IMG/VR virus record: IMGVR_UViG_3300042922_000643
Span: 186,001-250,000 of that record
DNA: 64,000 nucleotides
Direction: 5' to 3' (one strand)
The translations under genes were made by a program, and so were the position numbers. The notes under the pieces are model-generated. The model was not told the DNA's origin. It did not search any database and saw only the letters and a list, made by a program, of their open reading frames with translations. Shown here one piece after another: positions 37,416 through 47,059 of the stretch (the stretch's first letter is position 1; every line of letters begins with the position of its first letter).

Positions 37416-38216
37416 ATGCCAGCTTTAGTATCGATTGAATCCGCAGGAATCCTTTCAAAAAATGCTCGTCGTGTCCCAGGAAGATCTGTTATTGACGTTC
37501 GTCCGCAAATCGGAGATCCCGTGTTTACGCCGCCGATTGAATTGGCCCTCAAACGTATGAATAATCAGATGACCCTGAACGAATTTGTAGCGGAGTATTT
37601 AGTATTCTTGAATGAATCTGTGCAATCGAATCCAAAAGTTTGGGTGAAGACACTTCGTGAAAGAGCAGTTGTTTTTGCAGGAGGTGCCTTTATTACGGAA
37701 GTTGTTTCTTTGTTTATGACGAAAATGGGCGCTCAACTGCTTGAGTCAAAAACACCTTATCTTTCCTCCGAACAAAGAGTTATGATCCTTGATTTTAATA
37801 TTACACCCCTCCCTAAAGAACCTCGGGGAAGAATGGTTGTTGATCCTCTAGCGATCAACGCTATTCAGAGTTCGACTTGCCGTACGTGCCGTGAGAACCG
37901 CTCAGCATACGCTAAGGAGGACAACAATACGTATGTGTATACTTTTGTAGATAAGAATGAAAAAGACGATACGCTGGCAACCAGGAACGTTTCCTGCTGT
38001 GCTAGTAATACGTTCGCCGATGGTATTGTTTATCAATGTCCGATATTCCAACATTTGATTGATGGCTATAAAGCAGGTGTAACCAGTCAAGGTACGAATC
38101 TTAATCCTTGTAAAAACTGTGTAACGCATATCGACAATGGTGGTAACTGCATCGGAGACAGATGTCCTGACGGCACCTTTGATATTATTCCTGGATCGGG
38201 GCTTATTCGATCCTAA
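37416..38216 (+). CDS. hypothetical protein with Cys-rich C-terminal region
   Basis: CRTC, CC, C, CKNC and C motifs. Confidence 0.7.
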   Translation: MPALVSIESAGILSKNARRVPGRSVIDVRPQIGDPVFTPPIELALKRMNNQMTLNEFVAEYLVFLNESVQSNPKVWVKTLRERAVVFAGGAFITEVVSLFMTKMGAQLLESKTPYLSSEQRVMILDFNITPLPKEPRGRMVVDPLAINAIQSSTCRTCRENRSAYAKEDNNTYVYTFVDKNEKDDTLATRNVSCCASNTFADGIVYQCPIFQHLIDGYKAGVTSQGTNLNPCKNCVTHIDNGGNCIGDRCPDGTFDIIPGSGLIRS

Positions 38217-38231
38217 AGGGGTTGACAAGCC

Positions 38232-38501
38232 TTGAGTAGACGATCAATACCCGTTGAGCAGCGACTTCTCCCAGGCACAATCATAGTTGTTGGGGAGAAG
38301 TTTGCTGTTAAACATGGATATGCAGGTATCATTGGAAGTATTGGTAGAATCATAAATTATGAAGAGTCAACTAGAAACTATGATTGTTATAAAATACGGG
38401 CTTCTTCAGAAGGCTTGCGGAATTATTGGTATATTCAAATAGAAGACGCCAACGAAATAGATAATCAGTCGCTTCTTTCTTTGCTACCTGATTATGAGTA
38501 G
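38232..38501 (+). CDS. paralog family F (SH3/KOW-like) protein with C-terminal motif
   Basis: PGTIIVVG; ends IDNQSLLSLLPDYE. Confidence 0.7.
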   Translation: MSRRSIPVEQRLLPGTIIVVGEKFAVKHGYAGIIGSIGRIINYEESTRNYDCYKIRASSEGLRNYWYIQIEDANEIDNQSLLSLLPDYE

Positions 38502-38510
38502 GAGGATAAT

Positions 38511-38753
38511 ATGAGCTTAAAAATAGAGCCAGGAATGTCTGTAATTGTTGGCGATAAACACGCTGTATCTGAAAATTATTCTCCAGCCGTCGGATATCCA
38601 GGCAAGGTCGTACGCATTGCAACAGAAAACAGAGTTATAGTAGCAGTGGATCGGTCAGCAGGCTTAGCTAGTGGAAACTGGTTTATCAACAGTAATGACC
38701 TTATTCCTGCAAATAATGAAGTTCTTATTTCTAATCTAACTGACTATGAATAG
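38511..38753 (+). CDS. paralog family F protein with C-terminal motif
   Basis: PGMSVIVG; ends ANNEVLISNLTDYE. Confidence 0.7.
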   Translation: MSLKIEPGMSVIVGDKHAVSENYSPAVGYPGKVVRIATENRVIVAVDRSAGLASGNWFINSNDLIPANNEVLISNLTDYE

Positions 38754-38764
38754 GAGGTTTCTTA

Positions 38765-39025
38765 GTGCAATCTAATAAGCGACGTCCAAACAGTCTTCCT
38801 GTAGGTACTAAGATTCGAGTAGGTTCTGCTCAATCTGATCGAGGGTGGTATCAGGAAATCGTTGGAAATGATGCAGAGATTGCTCCTTATAATCAAAATG
38901 AAACTTTCCAAGGTTTTGATTATACAATTACAATGAAAAATGGAAGTACATGGTTTATTTATGAAGTCGATGCAATTCCATTTTACAATAGTAGTCTTAT
39001 AGATATGCTTCCTGATTATGAATAA
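38765..39025 (+). CDS. paralog family F protein with C-terminal motif
   Basis: PVGTKIRVG; ends FYNSSLIDMLPDYE. Confidence 0.7.
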   Translation: MQSNKRRPNSLPVGTKIRVGSAQSDRGWYQEIVGNDAEIAPYNQNETFQGFDYTITMKNGSTWFIYEVDAIPFYNSSLIDMLPDYE

Positions 39026-39026
39026 A

Positions 39027-39139
39027 TTGAGCTTACTATGAACTACTTAAAGGATTTATATAGTTTGGTTTGGACTCAGGGATTTACAACCCCTCCAACT
39101 GAACCTGAATATTCTTTGAGTAGTTCATAGTAAGCTCAA
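39027..39139 (+). ncRNA. RNA cassette G (variant TATATA...CTGAA)
   Basis: 28-bp outer stem 39027-39054/39112-39139 whose only imperfections are two G-U pairs. Confidence 0.7.
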
Positions 39140-39232
39140 ATGGATTTATAAGCGATTTTATTCTCTTGCCTGAATGGTAGACTCCAAGGAGCCAATGCCT
39201 TAGAGAGCGTGGAATCGCTGAATATCTGTTTG
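39137..39232 (+). ncRNA. RNA cassette I (variant TATAAG...CTGAA)
   Basis: 9-bp closing stem, same junction register as the other cassettes; overlaps the right arm of cassette G. Confidence 0.55.
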
Positions 39233-39270
39233 TAGCTTACTACCTAATATGAAACGGAGATGAAGTAAAC

Positions 39271-39819
39271 ATGACACAAAGTAGGGTAACATCGACCAGT
39301 AATGTTGTCATGACGGCGGAACAACTCCAGATTGCTGAAGAAGCATTGAGTCAAACTGTACGTCAGGGAACCATGAAAGTGGATGACGGAACTCCTCAGT
39401 TCGCGCCGACAATTAAACCCACTACCTTAGTACTGGAAGGCGCTCCACAGCGTCAGAACAGGGATTCTAAGTGGTATTTGAACCGCGAAGGGGAGTTATC
39501 CGTCGTAACAAACGAAGCCTCTAATGAGGCGCTGGGCATCCTTGAATTGCGTGTATCCAATGCAACAGAAAATCAGCAAGCCTCGGGAATTCTTTGCAAG
39601 GTTTCTATGAATTCACTAGTCGGATGGGATTATGGTATCAGCATTTTTGAATCCAGAAATGAACCTGGTGCAATCTACCTTCGGACAGACGGCAGCCGTG
39701 AAATCGGTACAGACTCCCGCGGTAAAAAGGAATACTACCGTCCTCGGCAATTGAACAACGCAACAGAAGCTCAAATTTTGAGTTTCGTATCGAAGTTCTT
39801 GAAACCACGTCAACAGTAA
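39271..39819 (+). CDS. possible SpoVG-like nucleic-acid-binding protein
   Basis: LELRVS...ILCKVSM...GISIFESRN..GAIYL...YYRPRQLNNATEAQI follows the SpoVG strand/helix order. Confidence 0.45.
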   Translation: MTQSRVTSTSNVVMTAEQLQIAEEALSQTVRQGTMKVDDGTPQFAPTIKPTTLVLEGAPQRQNRDSKWYLNREGELSVVTNEASNEALGILELRVSNATENQQASGILCKVSMNSLVGWDYGISIFESRNEPGAIYLRTDGSREIGTDSRGKKEYYRPRQLNNATEAQILSFVSKFLKPRQQ

Positions 39820-39870
39820 AGACCTCAAGGGGAGGGGTTAAACTCCCTCTCCAAAAGGAGGCTATCATAT

Positions 39871-40185
39871 ATGATTTTTGATCCTGGCAGTTTAATTGTT
39901 GCATTAGAAAATCCCTATACCATCACCAAAGAAGGGACAATTTGGACTGTTCTTTATACTTACACAACAAAGACCTTAGAAGATGCTATGATTGTTACAA
40001 GCCCAACGAATATCACAGCTATTCAACATTATAAAAAATCCATAGAAGTAAATCCTAAAGTATTCCCAATAAAAGGGGAATGTAAGGAATGCTATAGTGT
40101 TCTTTCTCGTTATTTTACTCAACTGAACGTCTTTAATAATGAAGAATCCTTAGTTTTTCTACAAGATTTAGAATTGGAGGTGTAA
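39871..40185 (+). CDS. small protein with C-terminal motif
   Basis: ends FNNEESLVFLQDLELEV. Confidence 0.7.
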   Translation: MIFDPGSLIVALENPYTITKEGTIWTVLYTYTTKTLEDAMIVTSPTNITAIQHYKKSIEVNPKVFPIKGECKECYSVLSRYFTQLNVFNNEESLVFLQDLELEV

Positions 40186-40187
40186 AA

Positions 40188-40964
40188 ATGACACAAGCAA
40201 TCAATGGGACTTTTGAGCTTGTGATGCTCGGAACAGGCTCCATGCAGGCAAATAACTATTTCAATAATAACGCTTTGTTGATGTCTACCGATTACACTCT
40301 AGCAATAGATTGTGGAACGACTTTTAAGCAAGCGTTATGCGAATTGGGTTTCAATTATGCAGATATCGATGGCATATTGATTACCCATATTCACTCTGAT
40401 CACGTCGGCGGCCTTGAAACACTCGCCTATGCAGGAAGATATGAACTCGAACGTAAGTTTGATTTAATCGGTGATTCTGAAATGATCAAAGAGCTCTGGG
40501 ATAGCACTCTTAAGGGTGGTCTTGAGCTCACCGCTGAAGGCAGAATGACGATCAACGATTATTTCAATGTTATTGAGCTTCCGAGAGATACTGAAAAGAT
40601 CATTGGCGGTTATGCTCTTGAGCTTTTAAAAACACCTCATGTTCCTCAAAAGGTGAACTATTCGGTATTCATCAATCGAAATATCTTCTATTCAGCAGAT
40701 GTCCGCTTCGATGAAAAGCTTGTTTATCACGCCTTGGAAGAAAGAAAATGTACATTAGCTTTCCATGATTGCAATTTTGGCGATCCGACAGTCGTTCATG
40801 CTTCTTTTCAAGACTTAGCAACATTGCCCCGTGAAGCCCAGCAAAGAATTTATTTGATGCATTACGGTGACAATGTTGAAGATTTCTACGGTCAAACGGG
40901 TGAAATGTCTATTCTTGAACAAGGTGTTTTTTATAACATCGTCAATGGTGTAATTACAAATTGA
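40188..40964 (+). CDS. apyc1: metallo-beta-lactamase-fold cyclic-nucleotide phosphodiesterase, anti-Pycsar Apyc1-like
   Basis: MLGTGS..ANNYFNNNALL, IDCG, THIHSDHVGGLE, LWDSTLKGGL, TPHVP, FYSAD, FHDC, VH, LMHYGD match the Apyc1 family pattern. Confidence 0.8.
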   Translation: MTQAINGTFELVMLGTGSMQANNYFNNNALLMSTDYTLAIDCGTTFKQALCELGFNYADIDGILITHIHSDHVGGLETLAYAGRYELERKFDLIGDSEMIKELWDSTLKGGLELTAEGRMTINDYFNVIELPRDTEKIIGGYALELLKTPHVPQKVNYSVFINRNIFYSADVRFDEKLVYHALEERKCTLAFHDCNFGDPTVVHASFQDLATLPREAQQRIYLMHYGDNVEDFYGQTGEMSILEQGVFYNIVNGVITN

Positions 40965-40982
40965 AAGTGAGGCGCTGAAAAA

Positions 40983-41810
40983 ATGTTTATTGCAGGTACT
41001 CAAGTCTATTATGTTGAAATTCGTCAGGGCAGCAAGGTTAAACGGATTGTTCTTCCTATGGAAGACGGCATCTTGGACAAGCTGAAGGCTTTCCTTTCAG
41101 AGTATCCTTATCTGTTTCATGCTCGGCAAGGTGAAGCGCAAGTGACTTCTCACGAAGTTGCAAATCCACCTGCTGTGATTTTTGATAATCTCCACTTCAA
41201 GGCAGATCATATCATTAATGCAACAATGTATGGTCATCCCGACATTCCATCAGGCACTCTTCGCTATTCTGCGGAATTGATTGCCGCGATTCAGGCGATG
41301 CAGCCGCTAAAATCACAGGTTGTTGAGGAAGAAGTAAAACCTCTTACTCCTGATGAAGAACTTCGGTTGAAGCTTGCAGGTCAACAGAGTGAAGCAGCTC
41401 AACAACAAGAAAAATCCAGTGTTCAGACAGTTGCTCCAGCGAAAGAGCCTGTAGTTATTCCTCCGCCAGCACCATCTGGTGAAGATCAGCTTAGACGCCA
41501 GCTCGAAGAAGCAAAACAAAGTAGGGTTTTTACCCCTCAGGCAGGCGCTGCTGGACAGGTTATACCTCATACTCAACAAGAAGCAGGTTCCGAAAGAAAG
41601 GTTTCAACGTACGCTTCAGTTAATGACGTTATCGATATTCTCGGAAGAATGAGTACGAAGCTTGATTTCGTGGTTGCTATGAGCAGTTTGCCTGCTGGTA
41701 ACCTGACAGGAAAAGAACTCTCAGTTTGGTTTGCGAAATCAACTGTTGAGCACGGCTACGACAAAACGTTTGAAATTTTGGCTTTGAAACTCCAAGGAAA
41801 GTTGGAATAG
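40983..41810 (+). CDS. hypothetical protein
   Basis: 275 aa with Pro/Gln-rich linker. Confidence 0.7.
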   Translation: MFIAGTQVYYVEIRQGSKVKRIVLPMEDGILDKLKAFLSEYPYLFHARQGEAQVTSHEVANPPAVIFDNLHFKADHIINATMYGHPDIPSGTLRYSAELIAAIQAMQPLKSQVVEEEVKPLTPDEELRLKLAGQQSEAAQQQEKSSVQTVAPAKEPVVIPPPAPSGEDQLRRQLEEAKQSRVFTPQAGAAGQVIPHTQQEAGSERKVSTYASVNDVIDILGRMSTKLDFVVAMSSLPAGNLTGKELSVWFAKSTVEHGYDKTFEILALKLQGKLE

Positions 41811-41813
41811 CCG

Positions 41814-42221
41814 ATGAATGATAACACGATTCAATTGATTAGGGACTATGTGGATCAAATATCCGCTTCCCTGGGTGTTGCCGCTGAAAAGGTCTTTGAG
41901 GCCTTGATGCGGCAGCAAATGATCGAAGGTGTAATGGGTATTATCGTTAAGTTGGTATTGTTTATTTCAGCCATTGTCGCTTTCAAATTGTATTATCGCT
42001 ATGTCTTTACAATGTATCTGAAGAATAAAGAAGCAGGTAAATACGACTACTTGGATGAAGGACCTATCTTCATATGTGTAGGCCTTGCGCTTTCAATCGT
42101 TTTTATCTTCGTCACTTTCTTAATTTTGATCTTGAATTTGACAACGCATTTAACTCAAATCCTCAACCCTCAATATCATGTATTGAAAGATCTTCTTTAT
42201 ATGGTAACGGGGAAACAATAA
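41814..42221 (+). CDS. two-TM membrane protein
   Basis: two hydrophobic segments. Confidence 0.65.
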   Translation: MNDNTIQLIRDYVDQISASLGVAAEKVFEALMRQQMIEGVMGIIVKLVLFISAIVAFKLYYRYVFTMYLKNKEAGKYDYLDEGPIFICVGLALSIVFIFVTFLILILNLTTHLTQILNPQYHVLKDLLYMVTGKQ

Positions 42222-42426
42222 AACTTTTTGTTATATCTTGGCAAGTACCTTAAAGTCAAGTATACTTAAAGGAGGCGAGGAAGATGTAATCCTTCAGGTA
42301 ACAACTAGATTAATTCTAGTATGCAAAATACATTTGGGCTAAAGGTCGCTAGTATTAGGGGCGGCCCAGCATGGCTTGAGGGGATTAGGGCTATGCACAA
42401 AATAATCATCTTGAGGAGGATGATGT

Positions 42427-44106
42427 ATGTCCTGGAAAAAAGTAAGTGACATCGTAAAAGACAGCCTGATTGATTTGAGGGGTGTCGAGTACAAGGTGAT
42501 CGAGAACAAACATTCCGATCTTCTTGTGGCTAAAGTCAGTAACCCTGCATTCGTACTCAGCTTAGAGACACTGATTGATATCGTTCAAAATGACGACTGG
42601 GAAGGATCGGCACATGAGATTTACGTGAAATCCGAACCCAAACCGCAGATTCCGCAATATACCGCGGCAAGAAAGCCAGGCGTTCAAGAGGACTTTGTTC
42701 ATTCAGAGATTCAATCTCGGTTTGCAGCCAAAGGCCCTTCGCTTGAAGATCAGCTGAAAGCTGCAACAGCAGGTACGACACCAGAACGCAAGGTATTTGC
42801 AACTGCCGTAGCAGGTCCAAGCCTTGAAGATCAACTCAGAGCAGCTAGAACCGAATCTGGAATCTCAGAAGTTCGTTCCCAGCTTGCTGGAGTTGGTGTC
42901 CAAGCAGCTTCGGCAGCACAGGGCGTTGCAAGGGTTGATCAGGCCGTTGAAAAGGTGGCTAAGCTCAATTCAGAACGTCACTACAACGTTCAAGGCCAGA
43001 TGTCTCGTGTAGAAGGCTCTGTTCGTAATGTCCAGAATCAGGCTACCGAGCTTAGCTGGCATGTGCAAAGCGTGCAGGACGATGTCGAAAACGTGGTGGA
43101 ACGCGTAAGTTCCTTAGAGCATCAGGCGCTCGAAGCCAGAATCAATCAAGACCTGAACACCCAAAAATCGGCGAAAGCCCAAGGAGGAAATTCTATGTCT
43201 ATCAAAAAATTGCTCGGTAACTTCACAGGTCTGTTCGGTAAGGTCGAAGGTCAGTTCGCTTATTCCCCAGCTGGTCTGGCAGTTCGTAAGAACCCTAACG
43301 AATACGGCTCCAACTGGATCGTATACGATGCTAAAACTCGCTCCCTGACTGACGTTCAAGACTTGGTTCTTGACTTCAATATCCCTGCATTCCAGCTGCC
43401 TGTCACTGAAGACGCCGTGAACGAAGGCGACATCATCCTGAACAACGGTAAATTCCAGTACGTTGTTGAGATCAATGATGGATACGTGAAAACGATCTCT
43501 CCTTCCGACAGCTCGTACAGCAGCGTTATCCCTACCCGTAACCAGTTCCTGAACAAAACGTTCTACACTACGGTGAAGACGCTTAGTCTGGCTGGCGAAG
43601 GTGGATTCGATCCGATGTTGCTGATGGCTATGAACAAAGGCGGCGACAAGCAAGATCTGCTTCCATTCCTGCTCATGAGCGGTGGACTGGGCGGTAATGG
43701 CGCAGCTGCAACTGGCGGCATTGATCCAATGATGCTGGCTCTGATCGGTGACAACACCGAAGACTTGCTTCCATTCCTGCTTCTGCAACAGGGCGGCGTG
43801 GCTGACAAAGGTATCAATCCTTTGATGCTGCTTCTGATGACTGACAAAGGCGGCGACTCGAAAGATAGCCTGCTTCCATTGCTCTTGATGGGTGGCGGTC
43901 TTGGTGGAGCTGGTGGCGCTCAAGCAGGTGGTATCCAGTCGATGCTTCCGTTCTTGCTCATGAGCGGTGATAAAGGCGGAGACAGCGGAATCAAAGACAT
44001 CTTGATGATGCAAGCACTGGGCGGTGGCGCTGGTTTCGGTAACCTCTTCGGTGGTACAGCACCAGCTGCAACTCCAGTAACTCCAGCGGCTCCAGCGGCT
44101 GAGTAA
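42427..44106 (+). CDS. coiled-coil protein with C-terminal Gly/Leu/Met hydrophobic helical repeats; internal start at 43195
   Basis: about 8 repeats such as DPMLLM and LLPFLLM; AAGGAGG-N7-ATG at 43182-43197. Confidence 0.8.
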   Translation: MSWKKVSDIVKDSLIDLRGVEYKVIENKHSDLLVAKVSNPAFVLSLETLIDIVQNDDWEGSAHEIYVKSEPKPQIPQYTAARKPGVQEDFVHSEIQSRFAAKGPSLEDQLKAATAGTTPERKVFATAVAGPSLEDQLRAARTESGISEVRSQLAGVGVQAASAAQGVARVDQAVEKVAKLNSERHYNVQGQMSRVEGSVRNVQNQATELSWHVQSVQDDVENVVERVSSLEHQALEARINQDLNTQKSAKAQGGNSMSIKKLLGNFTGLFGKVEGQFAYSPAGLAVRKNPNEYGSNWIVYDAKTRSLTDVQDLVLDFNIPAFQLPVTEDAVNEGDIILNNGKFQYVVEINDGYVKTISPSDSSYSSVIPTRNQFLNKTFYTTVKTLSLAGEGGFDPMLLMAMNKGGDKQDLLPFLLMSGGLGGNGAAATGGIDPMMLALIGDNTEDLLPFLLLQQGGVADKGINPLMLLLMTDKGGDSKDSLLPLLLMGGGLGGAGGAQAGGIQSMLPFLLMSGDKGGDSGIKDILMMQALGGGAGFGNLFGGTAPAATPVTPAAPAAE

Positions 44107-44122
44107 GAAAGGTTGATGTGTC

Positions 44123-44299
44123 TTGGGCGAGAAGGAACTTCGGCAAGCTGCTAGAGGGATGTATAAAACCGCTGAACAGATGAAGATGCTCAGACTTGCC
44201 CAAGAAGGCACATTGGCTCAGTATCTTCTCAAGAAAGAGTTCAGCAAGATGCAACGCAAGATGAATGCCAAGGTCCGCAAGGCTCTTGGTATCAAGTAG
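44123..44299 (+). CDS. small basic protein (not in ORF track)
   Basis: AAAGG RBS, TTG start, ...MYKTAEQMKMLRLAQEG...KVRKALGIK. Confidence 0.5.
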   Translation: MGEKELRQAARGMYKTAEQMKMLRLAQEGTLAQYLLKKEFSKMQRKMNAKVRKALGIK

Positions 44300-44473
44300 T
44301 CGAACCGACGTCGGGGCTCCTTGAAGTGATAAAGACTTCGGGAGCTCTCCTTTCTTAAAGTGACTAGATGAGGATGATGGCTGCGGGTAGGGGCAAGTTG
44401 GCTTGCTGTGTAATCTAGTTATTATTCATTCGTTTTACCCAAACCAAAACCCAAATTAGAGGAGTGTTGCATT

Positions 44474-44839
44474 ATGGCACGCACAGTACACTACGGAACT
44501 AACAAACCTTTCACTATCTTCGACGACAAACTTTCTATCGAAGACATCAAGAAGACTATGGCCGATTATTTCCCTGAAGTTGCAAACGCTACGGCACGCG
44601 TCGAAGGCGACAACATTTACCTGGAAGTGAAGGCTGGTACGAAAGGTTCGGGACCACGTACTGTTCATTACGGCACTAACAAGCCGTTCACAATCTTTGA
44701 CGAAAAGCTGTCGATTGAAGACATCAAGAAAACCATGGCTGACTACTTCCCTGAAGTAGCAAACGCCAGCGCTCGGGTTGAAGGTAACAACATCTACCTG
44801 GAAGTGAAAGCAGGCACTAAAGGCCTGATCTTGGCCTAA
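44474..44839 (+). CDS. tandem di-ubiquitin-like protein (PRTRC protein C / prokaryotic Ubl type)
   Basis: two ~56-aa near-identical units, each ending EVKAGTKG; YFPEVANA resembles the PRTRC-C YPEL..A motif. Confidence 0.85.
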   Translation: MARTVHYGTNKPFTIFDDKLSIEDIKKTMADYFPEVANATARVEGDNIYLEVKAGTKGSGPRTVHYGTNKPFTIFDEKLSIEDIKKTMADYFPEVANASARVEGNNIYLEVKAGTKGLILA

Positions 44840-44877
44840 TCTGCTTCTAGCAGAATTGGCTAGATTCTTGTAAACTA

Positions 44878-44918
44878 GGGCAGGAGGGGCTACCAAGCTC
44901 TTTCCTGCCTTTTTTTAT
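44878..44918 (+). terminator. rho-independent terminator after the Ubl gene
   Basis: GGCAGGAGGGGC...GCTCTTTCCTGCC followed by T-tract. Confidence 0.7.
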
Positions 44919-44960
44919 GTAACTTTGGGCAAATAGACTCAAAAGGAGGTTCGGAAAACA

Positions 44961-45404
44961 ATGGATGAAATCTTAATTACTAGTATTAATGGTGTACCCA
45001 TCAACAGAGCAGTCCCACTCACCACAGAAGAGGTTTTCTTCGGAGAAGATGATCAAGTTGAAGGCGGTAATGGGCTTGAGCAGGAAGCTGCAACAGCTGT
45101 AGAGCCTGAAGCACAAAAAGACGTCTGGGAAGCTAATGAATTCCAGTCCGTTTATCGTCAGCTCATTGGTCATTTCGAAACATTAGAATCCCGAGACACA
45201 CTGGATAGTCGGACACGGGAACTTATGAGCTTGATTGGTGAAGCTACAACTGTTTCCGAATTTGATAGTTATAGCGATGACCAACTCAACAGTTTTCTTT
45301 CTCAGATTCATAATGTTCTTCCGCGTCTTGAAAGAAACTTTAGCCAGTTCGATTCGGATATGGCTAGATCCCGCGCAGTCGTCGCCGATATTGATTTTAT
45401 TTAA
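44961..45404 (+). CDS. acidic hypothetical protein in the Ubl operon
   Basis: AAGGAGG RBS, 147 aa. Confidence 0.7.
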   Translation: MDEILITSINGVPINRAVPLTTEEVFFGEDDQVEGGNGLEQEAATAVEPEAQKDVWEANEFQSVYRQLIGHFETLESRDTLDSRTRELMSLIGEATTVSEFDSYSDDQLNSFLSQIHNVLPRLERNFSQFDSDMARSRAVVADIDFI

Positions 45405-45418
45405 GGAGGTGTTAGGTC

Positions 45419-47047
45419 ATGACAATCGGAGTAATTGATTCAGTTACAATCGCGCAGCGTATTCGTTACATCCAAGACACAAGAGAGCTTAAGTCTAAAG
45501 GTGTTCTTGAAGAGCCAGCTCCTATACCTAGGACCGAGCAAGAATGGAAAGATACTGTTCGCGATATGGTTTTTGCATACTTAAAGAAAACATTCCCTGG
45601 ATGCTACGTGCGTCCCCACCTGGGAACTGAAATTTTTGCGCTCCGTCTCGACACGGAGATATTCATGAAAGCGGAAAAGATCAAGCAATGGTATCGCCAA
45701 TCTGCATCATGGGGAACCTGGTTCCAAAATGCTTATACCAGTTTGTCGAATATCATCACAGATCAATCTTATTTCGATCTTAACAGTGAAACTGTGAAAA
45801 AGGTCGTCGTGGACGGTGAAAATTTTATTCACGTAACCTTTAATATGACGAATATGGGCGGTTACTCCCAACGCGGCATGACGAAGATTATTGAATTGTG
45901 TGATCGTATCGTCCAAAGAGAAACCGCTCTTAGCAACCATTTTGATAATATTCAAGCCGCGATTCGTGTTGAAGAAGCAAGAAGAGAAACTGTGCGTATT
46001 GAACGCGCTCGTGTCGAGAAAGCAAAATATATCCAAGAATTATCTTCTCGATTGTTGGTGCCATTGGGATCTTATAACCCTACAGGTATTACATTCGACG
46101 ATAAATTCAAGAAAAAGATGGCGGAATGGTGCGCCGAAAACGGCCATCAACCAGTCAGAGCTCATGAAGCAACCTATAAAACAATGGTTCCAGTGGATAC
46201 CGTTGTTCGTTTAATGAACAAAGTCGGTGAAAAAGATGCTGATTGGTATGCTGTTCCACAATTCGGTGGCCATGACGTACCAGAAGGATTCAATCTGGTT
46301 ACGAAAATTGGTAAAGTTACTGGCCATTCGGAAACAGAAGAGCGTTCGCGCGGTGGCGCAGCTCCGATTGTTGTTGAAAAGTTTGTTTACCTCTCTTTCG
46401 ATATGAAGTATTGGGAACATACTCTTCCAGAGAATTACAGGGAAATTCTTGAAGCGACCCTTCGGATTGAAGAGGAATCTAAGATCGAGTTTGAGCGCGA
46501 AGAAGCAATTCGTGAAGCAGAACGTAAACGTCGTGAAGAAATCGCTTTGCGTGTACAGACGGCGAAGAATCAGATTCGAGAGGAGATCAAGAGAAAAAAG
46601 GACTTAGCCAAAGAAGCTTATTACCAAAGCGTCAGAGAACTGGACATCGAGATGGAAAAGCTTATCAGCGAAATCGTGATCGAAGAACCGCCGTCAAGTC
46701 CAGAGATTGAAGCTCAAGCCTCGCTGCCTTCTTTCGAAGAATTCCTTGCGGGGTTGAAGCCAGTAGCAAAATCATCTTCAGCTGATCAGCTTGACGAAGA
46801 TATCATGGATGTTCTGAAGAAGATTAATCACGGCAGAGGTGCCTACTACAACGATAGAGCTGTTCCTTGGGAAAAGTTTGTCGCTGTTCACGGGCCATCG
46901 AGAACTATCCGAAAATGTTTCCCAACTCTTGAGAAGATGAAGGACTACGTCCGAGAACAAGGTTTCTCTGCTCTTACACTGAGGGATTTTGAAAAAGGCG
47001 TGTTCGACTATCTTGATCCTACGCAGAAGATCTGCGAATATAATTAA
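45419..47047 (+). CDS. large hypothetical protein in the Ubl operon with two domain+coiled-coil modules
   Basis: FIHVTFNM...IRVEEARRE and FVYLSFDM...LRIEEESK. Confidence 0.75.
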   Translation: MTIGVIDSVTIAQRIRYIQDTRELKSKGVLEEPAPIPRTEQEWKDTVRDMVFAYLKKTFPGCYVRPHLGTEIFALRLDTEIFMKAEKIKQWYRQSASWGTWFQNAYTSLSNIITDQSYFDLNSETVKKVVVDGENFIHVTFNMTNMGGYSQRGMTKIIELCDRIVQRETALSNHFDNIQAAIRVEEARRETVRIERARVEKAKYIQELSSRLLVPLGSYNPTGITFDDKFKKKMAEWCAENGHQPVRAHEATYKTMVPVDTVVRLMNKVGEKDADWYAVPQFGGHDVPEGFNLVTKIGKVTGHSETEERSRGGAAPIVVEKFVYLSFDMKYWEHTLPENYREILEATLRIEEESKIEFEREEAIREAERKRREEIALRVQTAKNQIREEIKRKKDLAKEAYYQSVRELDIEMEKLISEIVIEEPPSSPEIEAQASLPSFEEFLAGLKPVAKSSSADQLDEDIMDVLKKINHGRGAYYNDRAVPWEKFVAVHGPSRTIRKCFPTLEKMKDYVREQGFSALTLRDFEKGVFDYLDPTQKICEYN

Positions 47048-47059
47048 GGAGGATTTACC

